A stretch of DNA of 64,000 nucleotides from Antedon mediterranea (lineage: Eukaryota > Animalia > Echinodermata): positions 24,834,912 to 24,898,911 of the forward strand of contig NC_092675.1 in NCBI RefSeq assembly GCF_964355755.1, given 5' to 3'. The notes beneath the pieces were generated by a model, which did not search any database, was not told the DNA's origin, and was given only the letters and a program-made list of their open reading frames with translations. Of this stretch, positions 62,901 to 64,000 are shown piece by piece; the stretch's first letter is position 1; each line of letters opens with the position of its first letter. Position numbers and translations under genes: made by a program.

Positions 62901-63541
62901 ACTGCTCAATGTGTAGCAGTAAGGTAGCCTTTCTGGCAAAATTATTCCCTTAGCAGCCAAAAAGGCGTATAAATGCTCCATTTTCTCCACTTGGGATATT
63001 TGTTCGTTTGATCGGCAACAAATGCATCCTGCATGGAAGGCCAACGCATACCAAGGCAGAATTTGTATAATTCTCTTCGTCAGATCATCTAGAGTTGTTG
63101 GGGTTAGGTTTGGGAATGTAGTGAAGATTTCAAACTAAGCCCCACCGAGTTCGGGGGAAGGTGAAGGTGAGCAGGGGAGAATGCTGAGTTTGAACCACTC
63201 ATAGGGAGGGGTTGAGTTGGCTATATGATGTAATGGGAGAGGGTGGTTACACACTCTGCAGCGGGTATCTTTTCTAGTAATATATAAAGGAAAACTGACT
63301 CTTTATAAAATATATTTTGTTACATTCTCCGATATACAATAGTTCAGGCCTTTAATATGAAATGAATTATACCTTATCTGTATTTTCGGGGTCAACATCC
63401 CAGTAACAAAGAAATGTTTCGCCAATTATTGGATTGTAGGGTTTCTTAGCAACAGATCCCTTGCGTCCTGCATGGAAGGCAGAGACATACCAACGTAGAA
63501 CTTGTATCATTCTCTCCTTTGGATCATCTAGAGTTGAGATT
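59952..63541 (-). CDS. OSBPL9: Oxysterol-binding protein-related protein (ORP9 subfamily), C-terminal ORD exons; 5' part lies beyond the window
   Basis: Exons 63541-63373, 62792-62705, 62243-62133, 61971-61767, 61568-61487, 61038-60944, 60544-60409 and 60041-59952. Motifs [77 protein letters not shown]. Confidence 0.93.
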
Positions 63542-63804
63542 CTAAATGAATCAAAATAGCTAATGACGTGTGTTACCAGTGATAATCTACAGTACTGAAT
63601 ACAATAATTAACATTCTGAATTTGAATTTTGTTAAAAACCATATTCGAGTTAATTATCTAATAAATCTTTTTTCTCATACTAGTCAAGTCAATTTATTGT
63701 CATTTGTAAACATAAAAAACATTTACATTGAAATGAATTTTAACGGTTTTGGAACAACAAATAAATAAAACGAACTTAAACTATATGGTGAAACTATTCC
63801 CCAA

Positions 63805-63952
63805 CGGACACCATCCCGGTATTTCTAGATCTGGCTTCGGGGTTGGTAAAAAACTAAGCCCCGCCGGACCCCATTCCGGTATTTCAAGGTTTCGGGGTTG
63901 GTAAAAAACTAAGCCCCACCGGACACCATTCCGGTATTTCTAGGTTTCGGGG
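63805..63952. repeat. ~55-60-bp tandem repeat x2.5
   Basis: GGACACCATTCCGGTATTTC...TTCGGGGTTGGTAAAAAACTAAGCCCC at ~63806, 63866 and 63921. Confidence 0.85.
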
Positions 63953-64000
63953 AAGCACAAACTTAACGTAAACATGTGTCATTAATTGCACAGATTGCTG

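Overview
This is AT-rich, intron-rich animal (eukaryotic) genomic DNA, not prokaryotic. Gene content and repeat style suggest a marine invertebrate, possibly an echinoderm (inference). Gene models were built by hand from GT-AG boundaries and phase continuity. (1) Probable 5' end of a type II membrane protein gene (-, 849 to the window edge). (2) A 12-exon, ~1343-aa type I membrane protein with an unusual architecture: signal peptide, IgGFc-binding domain, MAM, Ig, Ig, FN3, Ig, FN3, FN3, TM, short tail (-, 15901-6401). (3) An MPV17L2-like gene with two intact, duplicated alternative last exons (+, 25279-27179/30231). (4) A catalytically degenerate PLPPR-type lipid phosphatase homolog (+, 31891-36373). 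(5) A TCAF/M60-like metallopeptidase encoded in one large exon (-, 39925-37757). (6) A reeler-less, double-DOMON cytochrome b561 (FRRS1-like) gene (+, 44047-55638). (7) The 3' half of an OSBPL9-like gene (-, 63541-59952). Repeats include a 70/140-bp array fused to a ~3.1-kb 24-bp palindromic satellite (probably CACTA/EnSpm-derived) and a 4.1-kb internally deleted Sola-like transposon with TIRs and a 4-bp TSD. There are also a degenerate LINE, LINE fragments, tRNA-SINEs, six copies of one Harbinger-type MITE, Helentron-type elements and several long hairpins. No CRISPR array, rRNA or genuine tRNA was seen. No database searches were run; family names come from motif recognition.
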